A stretch of 64,000 bases of DNA, taken from an uncultured delta proteobacterium. Lineage in GTDB: Bacteria; Myxococcota_A; Polyangia; Polyangiales; Polyangiaceae. Of this stretch, positions 10,292 to 19,863 are shown piece after piece. The translations under genes and the position numbers were made by a program. The stretch spans positions 544,001-608,000 of the forward strand of contig CAWKKR010000008.1 of assembly GCA_963850305.1 (NCBI GenBank), read 5' to 3'. The notes beneath the pieces are model-generated. The model saw nothing but the letters and a program-made list of their open reading frames with translations. It was not told the DNA's origin and did not search any database. Each line of letters starts with the position of its first letter. The stretch's first letter is position 1.

Positions 10292-10345
10292 CAGGCTCGC
10301 GGGGCGACTTAGCTTCAGGCGGCATTGTAGCCGCCGACAGCCAGC

Positions 10346-11446
10346 ATGACCGACAAGCGCGACTATTATGAGGTGTTGGGCGTCTCCCGGGACGCTGCAG
10401 AAGACGACATCCGCCGGGCGTACAAGCAAGCGGCGCTCAAGCATCACCCGGATCGAAATCCCGGAGACACCGCCGCGGAACACAAGTTCAAGGAAGCGAC
10501 GGAGGCGTACAGCGTTCTATCGAGCCAAGAGAAGCGCTCGACGTATGACCGGTTCGGTCACGCAGGGCTCGATGGGCGCAGCGATTTTCAGGGAGCGGGC
10601 ATCGGGGACATCCTGAGCCACTTCCAGGATCTGTTTTCGGATTTTTTTGGTGGAGGGTTCGGCGGGGGGTTCGCGGGGCAGAGCCGGCGCGGCCCACCGC
10701 GGGGCGCGGACGTCCGGGTCGACGCCACCATCACGCTCGAGGACACGATCGTCGGCTGCAAGCACGAGGTGACCATCCAGGGCAACGCTCCGTGCGAAGA
10801 CTGCGGCGGCAGCGGCGCGAAACCCGGCACCAAGCCGGAGAAGTGCCCGCAATGCGGTGGCGCGGGTCAGGTCGGAACACAGCGCGGGTTCGTCATGTTC
10901 ACGACCGCCTGCTCGCGCTGTCGCGGGAACGGCCAGCTCATTCAAAGCCCGTGCGCAGGGTGCGAGGGTTCGGGCAGCGTCAGCAAGAAGCGGAAGGTCG
11001 TGGTGAGTTTCCCGGCGGGCATCGACGCGGGGCAACGGCTACGCGTGCCGGGCCAGGGAATGCCGGGACCCGCAGGAGCTGCGGCGGGCGATCTGTACGT
11101 CGACGTCGACATCGAGCCGCACCCGCGGTTCGAGCGACAGGGCTACGATCTCGTCACGAAGGAGCGGATTTCATTTCCGCAGGCGACGCTCGGGACCGAG
11201 CTGTCGATCGAATTGCCCGGCGGCGGCCCGATGACGGCGAAGGTACCTGCGGGGACGCAACCCGGAGCGGTTCTGTCGCTTCGCGGAAAAGGCATTCCTC
11301 ATCTGGATCGCGGAGCGCGCGGCAACGTTCATGTCGTCATCGAGGTCGAGGTTCCGAAGCGACTCAGCAAGAACGCAAAGCGTCTGCTCGAGGAGCTCCA
11401 GGCGGAGCTCGGTGAAACTGCTCGCGCACGCACGGAAGCGCCCTGA
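10346..11446 (+). CDS. dnaJ: Molecular chaperone DnaJ
   Basis: KRDYYEVLG, HPD motif, G/F-rich region, four CxxCxGxG repeats, C-terminal domain. Confidence 0.97.
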   Translation: MTDKRDYYEVLGVSRDAAEDDIRRAYKQAALKHHPDRNPGDTAAEHKFKEATEAYSVLSSQEKRSTYDRFGHAGLDGRSDFQGAGIGDILSHFQDLFSDFFGGGFGGGFAGQSRRGPPRGADVRVDATITLEDTIVGCKHEVTIQGNAPCEDCGGSGAKPGTKPEKCPQCGGAGQVGTQRGFVMFTTACSRCRGNGQLIQSPCAGCEGSGSVSKKRKVVVSFPAGIDAGQRLRVPGQGMPGPAGAAAGDLYVDVDIEPHPRFERQGYDLVTKERISFPQATLGTELSIELPGGGPMTAKVPAGTQPGAVLSLRGKGIPHLDRGARGNVHVVIEVEVPKRLSKNAKRLLEELQAELGETARARTEAP

Positions 11447-11475
11447 AACTGTCGCGCCCCCACTTCGGTATCGCT

Positions 11476-12057
11476 TCAACCCTTGAGGCGCGACTGGAAC
11501 CGCGCCTCTGCCGCCGTTCCGAGCGCCGCCGCCACCGTTGCAATGAGCGATCGTTCTGCGACGCTGACCGATCTGCCGAAGCCGAACAGGCTGCCGCTCG
11601 CCTCCGCGACTCTCGCGCATAGATCGACGACGTTGGCCGTGTCGGCGCCCGTCCTCTCCGCGAGATCCCGAACGAGCATGAGTGACTGCGCCATGAAGCT
11701 GTCCGAGGGGCGCTGCTCGAGGAGCGTCTCCATGAGGATGCCAGCATCGCTCTCGGCATCGATCCCGCGCTCCCGGACGATCGACAGGATCTGCGCCCGC
11801 TCGGCCCGCTGGATCTTGCCGTCCGCCCACGCGACGTGAACGAGCGGCAGGAGGTCCACCACCTTGACGGACTCCCTCGTGAACCCGAGCTGTTCGAGGC
11901 GGTCGATGATCGACGTGTCGTCGGTGCCCGCGGCTTCGGCCAGCGCCCGGCGCTGCGCAATACGGTCGGCCGCAGCGTCGATCTTCAAACGGAGCTCTTC
12001 GCGACGGCGAAGCGTGGCCGCAAGAAAAGGGTTCTTCTCGTCGATGGAGGCGCTCAT
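11476..12057 (-). CDS. TerB-like (tellurite-resistance fold) protein
   Basis: LVHVAWADGKIQRAERAQI and VAEASG..VSVAER motifs; start taken at MSASIDEK (12057). Confidence 0.7.
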   Translation of the reverse strand: MSASIDEKNPFLAATLRRREELRLKIDAAADRIAQRRALAEAAGTDDTSIIDRLEQLGFTRESVKVVDLLPLVHVAWADGKIQRAERAQILSIVRERGIDAESDAGILMETLLEQRPSDSFMAQSLMLVRDLAERTGADTANVVDLCARVAEASGSLFGFGRSVSVAERSLIATVAAALGTAAEARFQSRLKG

Positions 12058-12121
12058 CGGTCCGACAGGCGTAGCATGAACGTCCGAAAAACCGCCATGG
12101 CGGCGCGGCCGAAGCGAAAAA

Positions 12122-13138
12122 TCAGCGGCGCGTGACCGTCCCGTCGGAGGCGATCTCGACCGCGACGGACCGTCCCCCCGTGGCGGCCGCAGACAGCGAC
12201 GCGCGGAGGTTGCCGTCGGTCGTCGGGTCGACGACGACGCGGGCGAGCGGGTCGAGCGTCTTCCCCGGCAGGCGAACGAGCGACAAGGGGCCTGGCCACA
12301 CGGGCCGTCCGTCGGGCGACCAGCGGCTCGCAAAGACATACCCCGGCGAACCGGGAGCGCCGCTCTCTCCGAGCCGGAACATCATGAGGCTGTCCGGCGT
12401 GTCGAGGCCGAACGAAGGCGGTGCCGCGGTCGGCCAGGTCCAGGGCAACGCAACTCCGTCGCTACCCCACGTTCGCTCGCCGTTCTCGTTCAGCAGCTGG
12501 AGGGTCGCGCCACCCGGGTACCCGACCGCAAGAACCCACCCGCGGCGCGGCCAGTAGAGAACGGACAGCGTCTGGCAAGCATCGACGTGAAGCGCGTCGT
12601 AGTCGGCGAATGCACCGCCGTCGTCGGCCCAGCGACGGAAAGCGACGCTGTCGGTCGAACCGTTGCACCAGGCGAGCCCCACGTGCCCGTCGGGACCCGG
12701 GACGAGCGTCGGCTCCATGACGCCGGGATTCACGCCGCCGACGGGGTGCTCCTTGCTCCAGATGACGGTCCCCTGACCGTCGAGAAGCCAGACGAGCGGG
12801 TGGGCGTCGCCGCGCGTGGCCTGAAGAAGGACTGCCGCGCGTCCGTCGTCGACCGATGCCACCTGAAAGGCGAGCGGATACGGAACAGGGGTGCCGAAAT
12901 GTGCTTCGAGCCTCGGTCGGTTGCGCTCCAGAATCGCGTCCGGGCGTGCCACGACACCGCGACGGGCTTCGACGCGGAGATCGAGCGCCGCGATCGCCGA
13001 TGAAACGGTCACGAACGAAGGCGAAGCTACCGCGACGGCCGCAACGACGCTCGGAACCGGACGCACGTTCTCCGCTGCCGCCCGTCCGCGGCAGCCAGCC
13101 AGCGCCACGACGCCCGCGAGCACGGCGAACCCCTTCAC
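12122..13138 (-). CDS. Putative lipoprotein
   Basis: Signal peptide with lipobox-like ALAGC; overlaps the upstream stop codon. Confidence 0.7.
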   Translation of the reverse strand: MKGFAVLAGVVALAGCRGRAAAENVRPVPSVVAAVAVASPSFVTVSSAIAALDLRVEARRGVVARPDAILERNRPRLEAHFGTPVPYPLAFQVASVDDGRAAVLLQATRGDAHPLVWLLDGQGTVIWSKEHPVGGVNPGVMEPTLVPGPDGHVGLAWCNGSTDSVAFRRWADDGGAFADYDALHVDACQTLSVLYWPRRGWVLAVGYPGGATLQLLNENGERTWGSDGVALPWTWPTAAPPSFGLDTPDSLMMFRLGESGAPGSPGYVFASRWSPDGRPVWPGPLSLVRLPGKTLDPLARVVVDPTTDGNLRASLSAAATGGRSVAVEIASDGTVTRR

Positions 13139-14565
13139 GCGATCCTCGGCAAGGGCACCGAGCGATCCGCGAGACGCCGGAGAGCGGCCGCAGCGAGGAT
13201 CGTGAACGCCGGAGTCACGACGAGGTGATATCGATCGTCACCGAAAAACACGGCGTGGGTCAGCGCCGTGACGAACACCCAGCCGAGCAGAAATCGCTCC
13301 ACGGTGGACGCGGGCGGTGCACCGGGCAGCGGCAAGAATCCCACGATGGGGAGCGCCACGACGAGGAGCCAGAATGGATGAAGGTCGCCGATCGCCGCGT
13401 AGACCGCGAATCCGAGGATAGCGAGCAGCAGGGTGGATTGAACCGCCGTTCCGACCCCGCCCACGCGCCGTGGCGACGGGAGCGCAACGAGACTGAGAGC
13501 CGCCGCGACCAACAAGATCTGATGAAACACCGTGAGCAGCGCGCGCCCCGCGACCCGACGCGACTCCGGCCAGCCCCCCGGATCGGCCTCGTGCAGGTAC
13601 TCGATCGGAAAAGACTCGTGATCGAAGGTCTGCGCGAGCTTCTTCGGGATCATCTCGACCCATCTCAGCGGATTGCTCGCGATCGTTTCCGCGCCGACCC
13701 CCGCCCAGCAACGGTCCTGCTGCACCTGGCCCGTCACGACGGCGCAGCCGTCCGTTGCATGGATGGCGTAAAAGCGCCCTGTCGGAGTGAGTGCGCCGAT
13801 CGCGAGGTTCCAGCCGCCGTTGGTCGACACGAGAGCACAGCCATCCATCACGCGACAGTTGCGATACGACCAGGGCACGACGGTGAGCAACGCGACGAGT
13901 GACACGACGGTGCCGCGAACCAGCGCGCGGGTCTTCGACAACGGGAGGAGCAATGCGGCAAGCGGCGCAGCGAGCAGCGCGGACGGGCGTACCAGGGCCG
14001 CGAGGCCGAACGCGATGCCCGCGAGAATCGTGCTCGACCAGCGGAGACTTCGCGCCGCGATCCACGCGCCGGTGAGCACCAGGAGCGCGCACGGGATCTC
14101 GCTCATCAGGACGGCTGAGTACACGATGAGGCCTGGGTGGAGCGCGGTGAGCGTCGCGGCGATACGGGCCCGGTTCACGGTCACGGCGCGGAGCGCCAAT
14201 CGGTGGACGACGACGACGAGGAGAGTGCCAATCACCGCGTTGACGATGGGCGCCACGAGTAGGCCGCTCCCGAAGATCCGATAGGCACCCGCCAGGAGCG
14301 CGCTGTACCCGACGGGATAGTGCGCCCATGGGTGCCACGTCCGGACGCCGTTCACGAAGACGTCGTCCGAATAGCCGAATCCCTCTGCGATGCGCGTCGC
14401 GCCGAAATGATAGTAGTGCCCGTCCCAGACGGGCTCACGCGACCATGCCAGCGCGACGAACAGGCGAGGCAAGAACGCCACTACGGCAACGACGGCTGTG
14501 AAGGCCACGTCCACGCCCCCTCGCCAGCTTTGCCCCTGCTCCGTGACCGGACCGGCGACGGTCAC
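13135..14565 (-). CDS. GT-C (ArnT/PMT, GT39-like) membrane glycosyltransferase
   Basis: Multiple TM helices; WDGHYY, YPVGYS, LMSE, LVRP, PWSYRN, STNGGWN, RYHL motifs. Start GTG 14565 overlaps the upstream TGA; the track's extension to 15315 overlaps the neighbouring gene. Confidence 0.8.
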   Translation of the reverse strand: MTVAGPVTEQGQSWRGGVDVAFTAVVAVVAFLPRLFVALAWSREPVWDGHYYHFGATRIAEGFGYSDDVFVNGVRTWHPWAHYPVGYSALLAGAYRIFGSGLLVAPIVNAVIGTLLVVVVHRLALRAVTVNRARIAATLTALHPGLIVYSAVLMSEIPCALLVLTGAWIAARSLRWSSTILAGIAFGLAALVRPSALLAAPLAALLLPLSKTRALVRGTVVSLVALLTVVPWSYRNCRVMDGCALVSTNGGWNLAIGALTPTGRFYAIHATDGCAVVTGQVQQDRCWAGVGAETIASNPLRWVEMIPKKLAQTFDHESFPIEYLHEADPGGWPESRRVAGRALLTVFHQILLVAAALSLVALPSPRRVGGVGTAVQSTLLLAILGFAVYAAIGDLHPFWLLVVALPIVGFLPLPGAPPASTVERFLLGWVFVTALTHAVFFGDDRYHLVVTPAFTILAAAALRRLADRSVPLPRIA

Positions 14566-16150
14566 CGCGGCCCCTGGCTCTCCGTGGCGCGCAGCCACTC
14601 GCGGAATCGTCGGAGATAGGTGCGAGTGACTTGCGTGGGATCGAGGTTCAGGCAGCGAGCAACCTCGTGCACGAAGCCCCGCGCATAGACGAACGCGGGC
14701 AGGCCGCCGAAATCCTCGCTCTCGATGGCCCGCAGATAAGGCAAGGAAATTTTCGTTCGCGCCGCGATTTCCTCGAGCTCGGTGCCCAGCGATTCGCGCA
14801 CCTTGCGCAGCAGCGGGCCAGTGAACTCCGTCTCCGCGTTGATCTCTCTGGCGAGCTCGGCCCGCAGCATCGCGCGCTCGGCCTCGACCGCCGCGTCCAC
14901 GGCGGGATTGCGAGGGACGGACGCTTCGTCGTCCTGGGGAAACGTGGAGACGTCGTAGGCTCGACGCCGGAGCGGGTCGAGCAGGGTGTCGTGCGCCTCG
15001 TCGATGCGCGCCTGCTCGGCGCGGAGCGCCTCTTCCGTGAGGAGCGACGTGAGCGACAGGCTCCCGCTCTGGTAGATCTCGCGCTGTCTCTTGTGGGCCC
15101 GACGGAGCTCGTCGTCCGTCGCGCTCCTGTGCGTGAGGAGCACGTCGTAGAGGTTCGGCTCGTCGGCCACGAGGGGAATCAGTGCCGCCTCGCGCGCCTC
15201 GGCGCGATTCGTCGCGAGCGCGAGCACGCGCCGCGCGATCCGTTCGATGTTGCGTGCGCTCTTGCTCGTCGGGCTGTCGACGAGGAGCGGTCTGCTCCGA
15301 ACGACGCTGAGCCACACGGCGTCGTCCTGTTCGACATGACCCACGTAGTCGAACGAGACGCCCAGATGGCGACGCGCCATATCGACCATCGCCGAACCGA
15401 GATCGGCGTCCGGGCGCAGGCGGGCGCCGTTGACGACCAGGCGCGGGCGGAGCTGTGACAGCTCCATCGCGGCGAGCTCGCCCAGCCCGATTTCATAACG
15501 CGCGAGCGCGCGAACAATCTCCTGAGGCTCCGCAAGGGGGGGTAAGTCCGCGTACGCCCTCTCCGCGAGACGGCTCTTGAAGCGGTCCTTGACGAGAACG
15601 CGACGAAGTTTGCGCTGAAAGAGCGCGCGGGCGAACCGGTACGCACCCTCGACGCTCGGCGGCTCGGGGGTGGCGACGAGAAGACCGATGTCCGCTCCGA
15701 GAAAAAGATCGAGCGCCGACGGCGCCGTCCCCGCTCCGAGATCGAGCAGCACGTAGTCGACATCCAGCGACCGGACTCCCCTCACCCACCTCGGCTTGCG
15801 GCCGGGGCGGACCGGAACCGTCGAGCCCACAGCGTACCGCTGCGGGAGCAGGCGGAGGCCCGGGACGGGCGTCGGCACCAGCTCGAGCCCCTCGTCGCCT
15901 CCCTCGACCTCGTGCAACCCGGGTCCGAGGGAGAGACCCAGCATCGTGTGGAGCTGAGCGCCCGAGACGTCCGCGTCCACCAACACCACGCGCCGTCCGA
16001 GCTGGGCGAGGTAAACGGCGAGGTTCACCGCAGTTACGCTGACCCCGACGCCGCCACGACCGCCCGCGACGGCAATGACGTGGCGCGCGCCCCCGGGGGG
16101 GACAGGCCCCGTAGGTCGCCCGCCGGGTCGCGGAGCTCGGCGTCCGACAT
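14562..16150 (-). CDS. MinD/FlhG-like ATPase + J-like domain + RodZ-type HTH fusion (5' frameshift near 16089-16101)
   Basis: HVIAVAGGRGGVGVS..VVLVDAD..LDLGAG (MinD-like), NLYDVL..AHDTLLDPLRRRAYD (J-like), LRKVRE..ISLPYLRAIE..YARGF (HTH). ATG 16150 is one base out of frame across a C/G homopolymer. Confidence 0.8.
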
Positions 16151-16236
16151 CGGTGACGCCGTGTACCTTACCGTGACCAGGGTCGCTCGCCCGAAGATCT
16201 GTCGCCGAATCGCGAAGTGTGATTTAGGCTCGCGTC

Positions 16237-17235
16237 ATGCCCTTCTGGAGAAGCGTCGGGAACACCGTCGCCCTCACCCTGGTGAACCTGAACGTGGCCA
16301 CCTGCCGGTCCCCCGCGGAGGAGGGCGGGCATGACCAGGCCGCTGTCGACGAGCCCCAGATAGTGAAGCTCGACGGCGTGGACACCTCGGCGCTGACGCC
16401 GCGGGAACAAAAGGAGTGGTCCACCTACGTGTCCGAGTTGCTGGCGCCCTGCTCGGACCAGCCCGTGAGCATCGCTCAGTGCATCAAGGAATCGCGGCCG
16501 TGCTCTCTCTGCCTGCCCGCGGCGAAGTTCCTCGTCTCCCGCGTGACCCGGGGCGGAACGCGGTCGCAGGTCGAGACAGCGTTCCGCCTGCGGTTCGCGT
16601 CGGATCAGGTCAAGACCGTCGACGAAGGGGACTCGCCCTCGAAGGGTCCGAAGGATGCGCCCGTGGTCGTCGTCGAGTGGGCGGATTTCCAGTGTCCTTA
16701 TTGCGGCGCCGCGTCGCCCGTCTTGAACAAGCTGGTCGAGCAGTACCCGGACAGCGTTCGTCTGGTGTTCAAGAATTATCCGCTGTCGAGCCATGAACAC
16801 TCGGAAATCGCGGCCCGCGCCGCCCTCGCCGCGATGAAGCAGGGTAAGTTCTGGGAGATGCACGACGCGCTCTTCGCCGACCAGCAGAGCGGACTCGACC
16901 GCGACGAAATCCTGCGCCTCGCAAGAGAGCTGGGTCTGGACGAGAAGAAGTTCGTCGCCGACATGGACAGTGAAGCCGTCGCGGACGCGGTGAACGTGGA
17001 CCGCAAGCAGGCCGAGAAGCTCGACCTGCGCGGGACACCGATGATCTACATCAACGGGCGTCACTTCGATCTCGAGCAGTTCAATCTGCTCGAGGATCTG
17101 AACGACTGGGTGGAGCTGGAGATCGAACAGCGCACGGGGAAGAAAGTGACGGCGAGGGCGGTGGGTGCGCCGGGCGCGGGAGCGCCTGCAAGCTCGGCGA
17201 CGACTCCCCCCGCGGATTCTGTGAAGAAACCATGA
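16237..17235 (+). CDS. DsbA/thioredoxin-family protein with Cys-rich N-terminal domain
   Basis: KGPKDAPVVVVEWADFQCPYC, FKNYPL, QGKFWEMHD, RGTP..INGR. Confidence 0.9.
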   Translation: MPFWRSVGNTVALTLVNLNVATCRSPAEEGGHDQAAVDEPQIVKLDGVDTSALTPREQKEWSTYVSELLAPCSDQPVSIAQCIKESRPCSLCLPAAKFLVSRVTRGGTRSQVETAFRLRFASDQVKTVDEGDSPSKGPKDAPVVVVEWADFQCPYCGAASPVLNKLVEQYPDSVRLVFKNYPLSSHEHSEIAARAALAAMKQGKFWEMHDALFADQQSGLDRDEILRLARELGLDEKKFVADMDSEAVADAVNVDRKQAEKLDLRGTPMIYINGRHFDLEQFNLLEDLNDWVELEIEQRTGKKVTARAVGAPGAGAPASSATTPPADSVKKP

Positions 17236-17973
17236 GGGCCAGTGAAGAGGGGGGTGGCTGCTTTCCGACGGGCCGTCACTATCCCGGCATCGCGCATCTG
17301 CTCAGGATCGTCGCGCAAGGTCTCGCGGACGAGGTCGATGGCTCGTCGTCGATACACGACGTCGTCATGGTGTCGATCGATACGGAAACGACGGGGATGG
17401 ATCCCGCCGTCGATCGCATCGTCGAGCTGGCCGCCGTCGTCTATCACCGCGGCGAAACGATCTCCGCGGCACCGCTGGCTGGTGAATCCCGGGCGCCCGA
17501 TCCCGAAGGAGGCATTCGACGTGCACGGAATCAGCGACGACGCCGTTTCCGGCATGCCACCCTTCGCGGACGTCTGCGGTGAGATCCTGGCCGTGCTCGA
17601 GAGCAAAGTGCCGCTCGCTTATAACGCGGACTTCGATCGCGCGTTCCTGCTCGAGGAACTCGGGCGGGCGAGCGTCGGGGGAAGAGCCCTGCCCCCCGCC
17701 GCTCGTCGTGGCGTGGAATGGGTGGACCCCCTCGTCTGGGCGCGAGAGATCCAGAAGGAGGAGAAGAGCCGGGCCCTCGCGGACGTGGCGGAACGACTCG
17801 GCATCCCGCTCGAGAAGGCACACAGCGCGGTCCATGACGCGGAAGCTGCGGCTCATGTCCTCGGCGCGTTCCTCGCGGACGACCGCGTGCCGGGGACCTA
17901 CGCGGCGTTCATCCAGGAGCAACGCCGCGTCGCGCGGCTCCATGAGGAAGACCGCCCGTACTGGCGCAAGTAG
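17232..17973 (+). CDS. DnaQ-like DEDDh 3'-5' exonuclease (frameshift near 17465)
   Basis: ExoI IDTETTG in ORF 17232..17582; LVNPGRPIP..VHGI, AYNADFD and HSAVHDA in ORF 17242..17973. Confidence 0.85.
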
Positions 17974-18006
17974 TTCCGCATCGACGCGCGCACCGTCCCC
18001 GAGGGA

Positions 18007-18207
18007 TCAAAGAGGCGCACAACTTCGCGGCTTCTCGACCGGCTCCTCGCGCTCGGCGTCCACGATGACCTCGACGAGGTCACGGCAGCCGCCGCAGCCG
18101 GTGGTCGCGCCGCAAACCGAGCCGACCGCAGCGGCAGAGTCGGCCCCACGACGTACGGCGTCGCGAATTTCTCTCTCGGTCACGCAATGGCAATGGCAGA
18201 CGAGCAT
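18007..18207 (-). CDS. bfd: Bacterioferritin-associated ferredoxin
   Basis: MLVCHCHCVTE..CGATTGCGGC; divergent from bfr. Confidence 0.9.
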   Translation of the reverse strand: MLVCHCHCVTEREIRDAVRRGADSAAAVGSVCGATTGCGGCRDLVEVIVDAEREEPVEKPRSCAPL

Positions 18208-18228
18208 CGACTTCCCGTGCAACCTAGC

Positions 18229-18251
18229 ATATTGAAATTGACTTTCAATAT
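18229..18251. promoter_or_regulatory. AT-rich palindrome, Fur-box-like operator
   Basis: ATATTGAAA-TTGAC-TTTCAATAT: perfect 9-bp inverted repeat in GC-rich DNA between bfd and bfr. Confidence 0.7.
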
Positions 18252-18437
18252 CGACTGACCGAGTTCCTCTAACTCGGGCTCGGGCTCATCCCGACCCGGC
18301 CTCCTCCCGGCGTTCTTCCACGAGTAACCATCGGTAATAACTGCTGTTTACGGCACGCTAGATACGAGCGGGTTGGTTTGGTGTTTTGACGGGGACCGAT
18401 TCCCGGCGACGGCACTAGAGTCAACGGAGAGGACGAT

Positions 18438-18908
18438 TTGAAGGGCGATCCCGAAGTCATCGAAGTGCTGAACGCGGTCCTCACGTCCGAGCTCACCGCC
18501 ATCAACCAGTATTTCATCCATCACAAGATGTGTGAGAACTGGGGCTACGAGAGGCTCGCCGCGAACAAGCGTAAGGAGTCCATCGACGAGATGAAGCATG
18601 CCGATCGCGTTATCGAGCGAATCCTCTTCCTCGACGGAGTACCGAACATGCAGCGATTGAGCCCTGTTCGGGTCGGCGAAGATCCGGTCGAGCAGCACCG
18701 GCTGGATCTCGCGCTCGAGCTCGACGCCGTGGAACGCCTGAACCAGGGCATCGCCCTCTGCGTCGCGAAGGGCGACAACGGCTCACGCGAACTGCTCGAA
18801 TCGATCTTGAAGGAAGAGGAGAGCGGGATCGACTGGCTCGAGGCGCAGCTCTACCTCGTCTCTCAGCTGGGTGCAGAACGGTACCTGGCCGAGCAGATCC
18901 ACGACTGA
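18438..18908 (+). CDS. bfr: Bacterioferritin
   Basis: MKGD..ELTAINQYFIH..ESIDEMKHAD..ERILFLDGVPN; TTG start after GGAGAGGA. Confidence 0.96.
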   Translation: MKGDPEVIEVLNAVLTSELTAINQYFIHHKMCENWGYERLAANKRKESIDEMKHADRVIERILFLDGVPNMQRLSPVRVGEDPVEQHRLDLALELDAVERLNQGIALCVAKGDNGSRELLESILKEEESGIDWLEAQLYLVSQLGAERYLAEQIHD

Positions 18909-18914
18909 CTCGGG

Positions 18915-19742
18915 CTACCGCCTTCTTCCCGAGACGGCCCCGTGGACAGTCGATCCCGTCGTATCGACGCGCGCATTGTCCGATGTGTGGACCGCGATGT
19001 GACGGCCCGCGACGGAGGAGTCGTGGATCCGGGCGCTCGCATTCCCGGTGGCCACGACGGTGGTCTCGCCGCTGAGGCGAGCGCTCCCGGACACGTCGAG
19101 CTCGGCATTGTCGGAGAGCACGACCGCGGGCCCGATGCCCGTCACGCTGCCTCCCTCGATCGTCAGGTGCGCGTTGTTTCTCGCGGTGATCGCGGTCGTG
19201 CCGCTGATCTCGCATGCGACGAGACGGAGCACGCAGTTCCCGGACGCGATGACCGGGACGCCAGACGGCATCGACAGATTCTTCCCCGTGATCGTCGCAA
19301 CCTGATTTCCGCTGCAGACCACCGGGATCGAGTCGCCTAGATCTCCGGTCATTGCAGACAGCGTCTGGTTCATCGTCCGCTTCAGCGTTCCCGATTGATC
19401 GAGCGCAGAGAGCGCCGCGTTCCCAGTCGCTCGGCCTATCGTGGACAGAACCCGCCATGAAGCGAATCCGCCGAAGCAGATCGTTGCTACGAACGCGAAC
19501 CACAGCCCGCGAAATACGGTTCTGACGACGGCCGCGGGTCGATACGCGAGTGGCACCCGCGGAAGCGAGGAGCCCTCGGGCGGAGTCCAGGCCGGCGGCG
19601 GCGACCAATCCGGCGGCGTCTGCTGAGCGACGGTCCGGAAGCGCGCAACCTGCGACTCCTGGCCGCAATAGTGGCATCTGGCCGCCGTCGCGCCGTCCGC
19701 GACGTCGAGCGGCGCCCCGCAATTGTGGCACTCGAGCAGCAT
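18915..19742 (-). CDS. Zinc-ribbon + TM + beta-helix-like repeat protein
   Basis: CHNCGAPL..CHYCG, one TM segment, repeated (A/V)SGN/DNA turns. Confidence 0.75.
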   Translation of the reverse strand: MLLECHNCGAPLDVADGATAARCHYCGQESQVARFRTVAQQTPPDWSPPPAWTPPEGSSLPRVPLAYRPAAVVRTVFRGLWFAFVATICFGGFASWRVLSTIGRATGNAALSALDQSGTLKRTMNQTLSAMTGDLGDSIPVVCSGNQVATITGKNLSMPSGVPVIASGNCVLRLVACEISGTTAITARNNAHLTIEGGSVTGIGPAVVLSDNAELDVSGSARLSGETTVVATGNASARIHDSSVAGRHIAVHTSDNARVDTTGSTVHGAVSGRRR

Positions 19743-19787
19743 GGACTCCGGGAGCCTATCACCTCAGTCGTGGTCGTTTCCATGGGC

Positions 19788-19823
19788 CCGTTGACCCTCC
19801 GTTGACCCCTCCGTTGACCCCCT
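19788..19823. repeat. Three direct repeats CCGTTGAC(C)nT in a divergent intergenic region
   Basis: CCGTTGACCCT, CCGTTGACCCCT, CCGTTGACCCCCT in tandem. Confidence 0.7.
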
Positions 19824-19863
19824 TGTTTCACGCTATAAGGTCGACCGAGAAAGCGAGATCCGC

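Noticed and set aside
13135..15315. 726-aa version of the glycosyltransferase
   Set aside because: The first ~250 codons overlap the MinD/J/HTH gene in another frame; GTG 14565 fits translational coupling.
17440..17480. Programmed ribosomal frameshift in the exonuclease
   Set aside because: No slippery heptamer at the site, and similar indels occur in unrelated genes.
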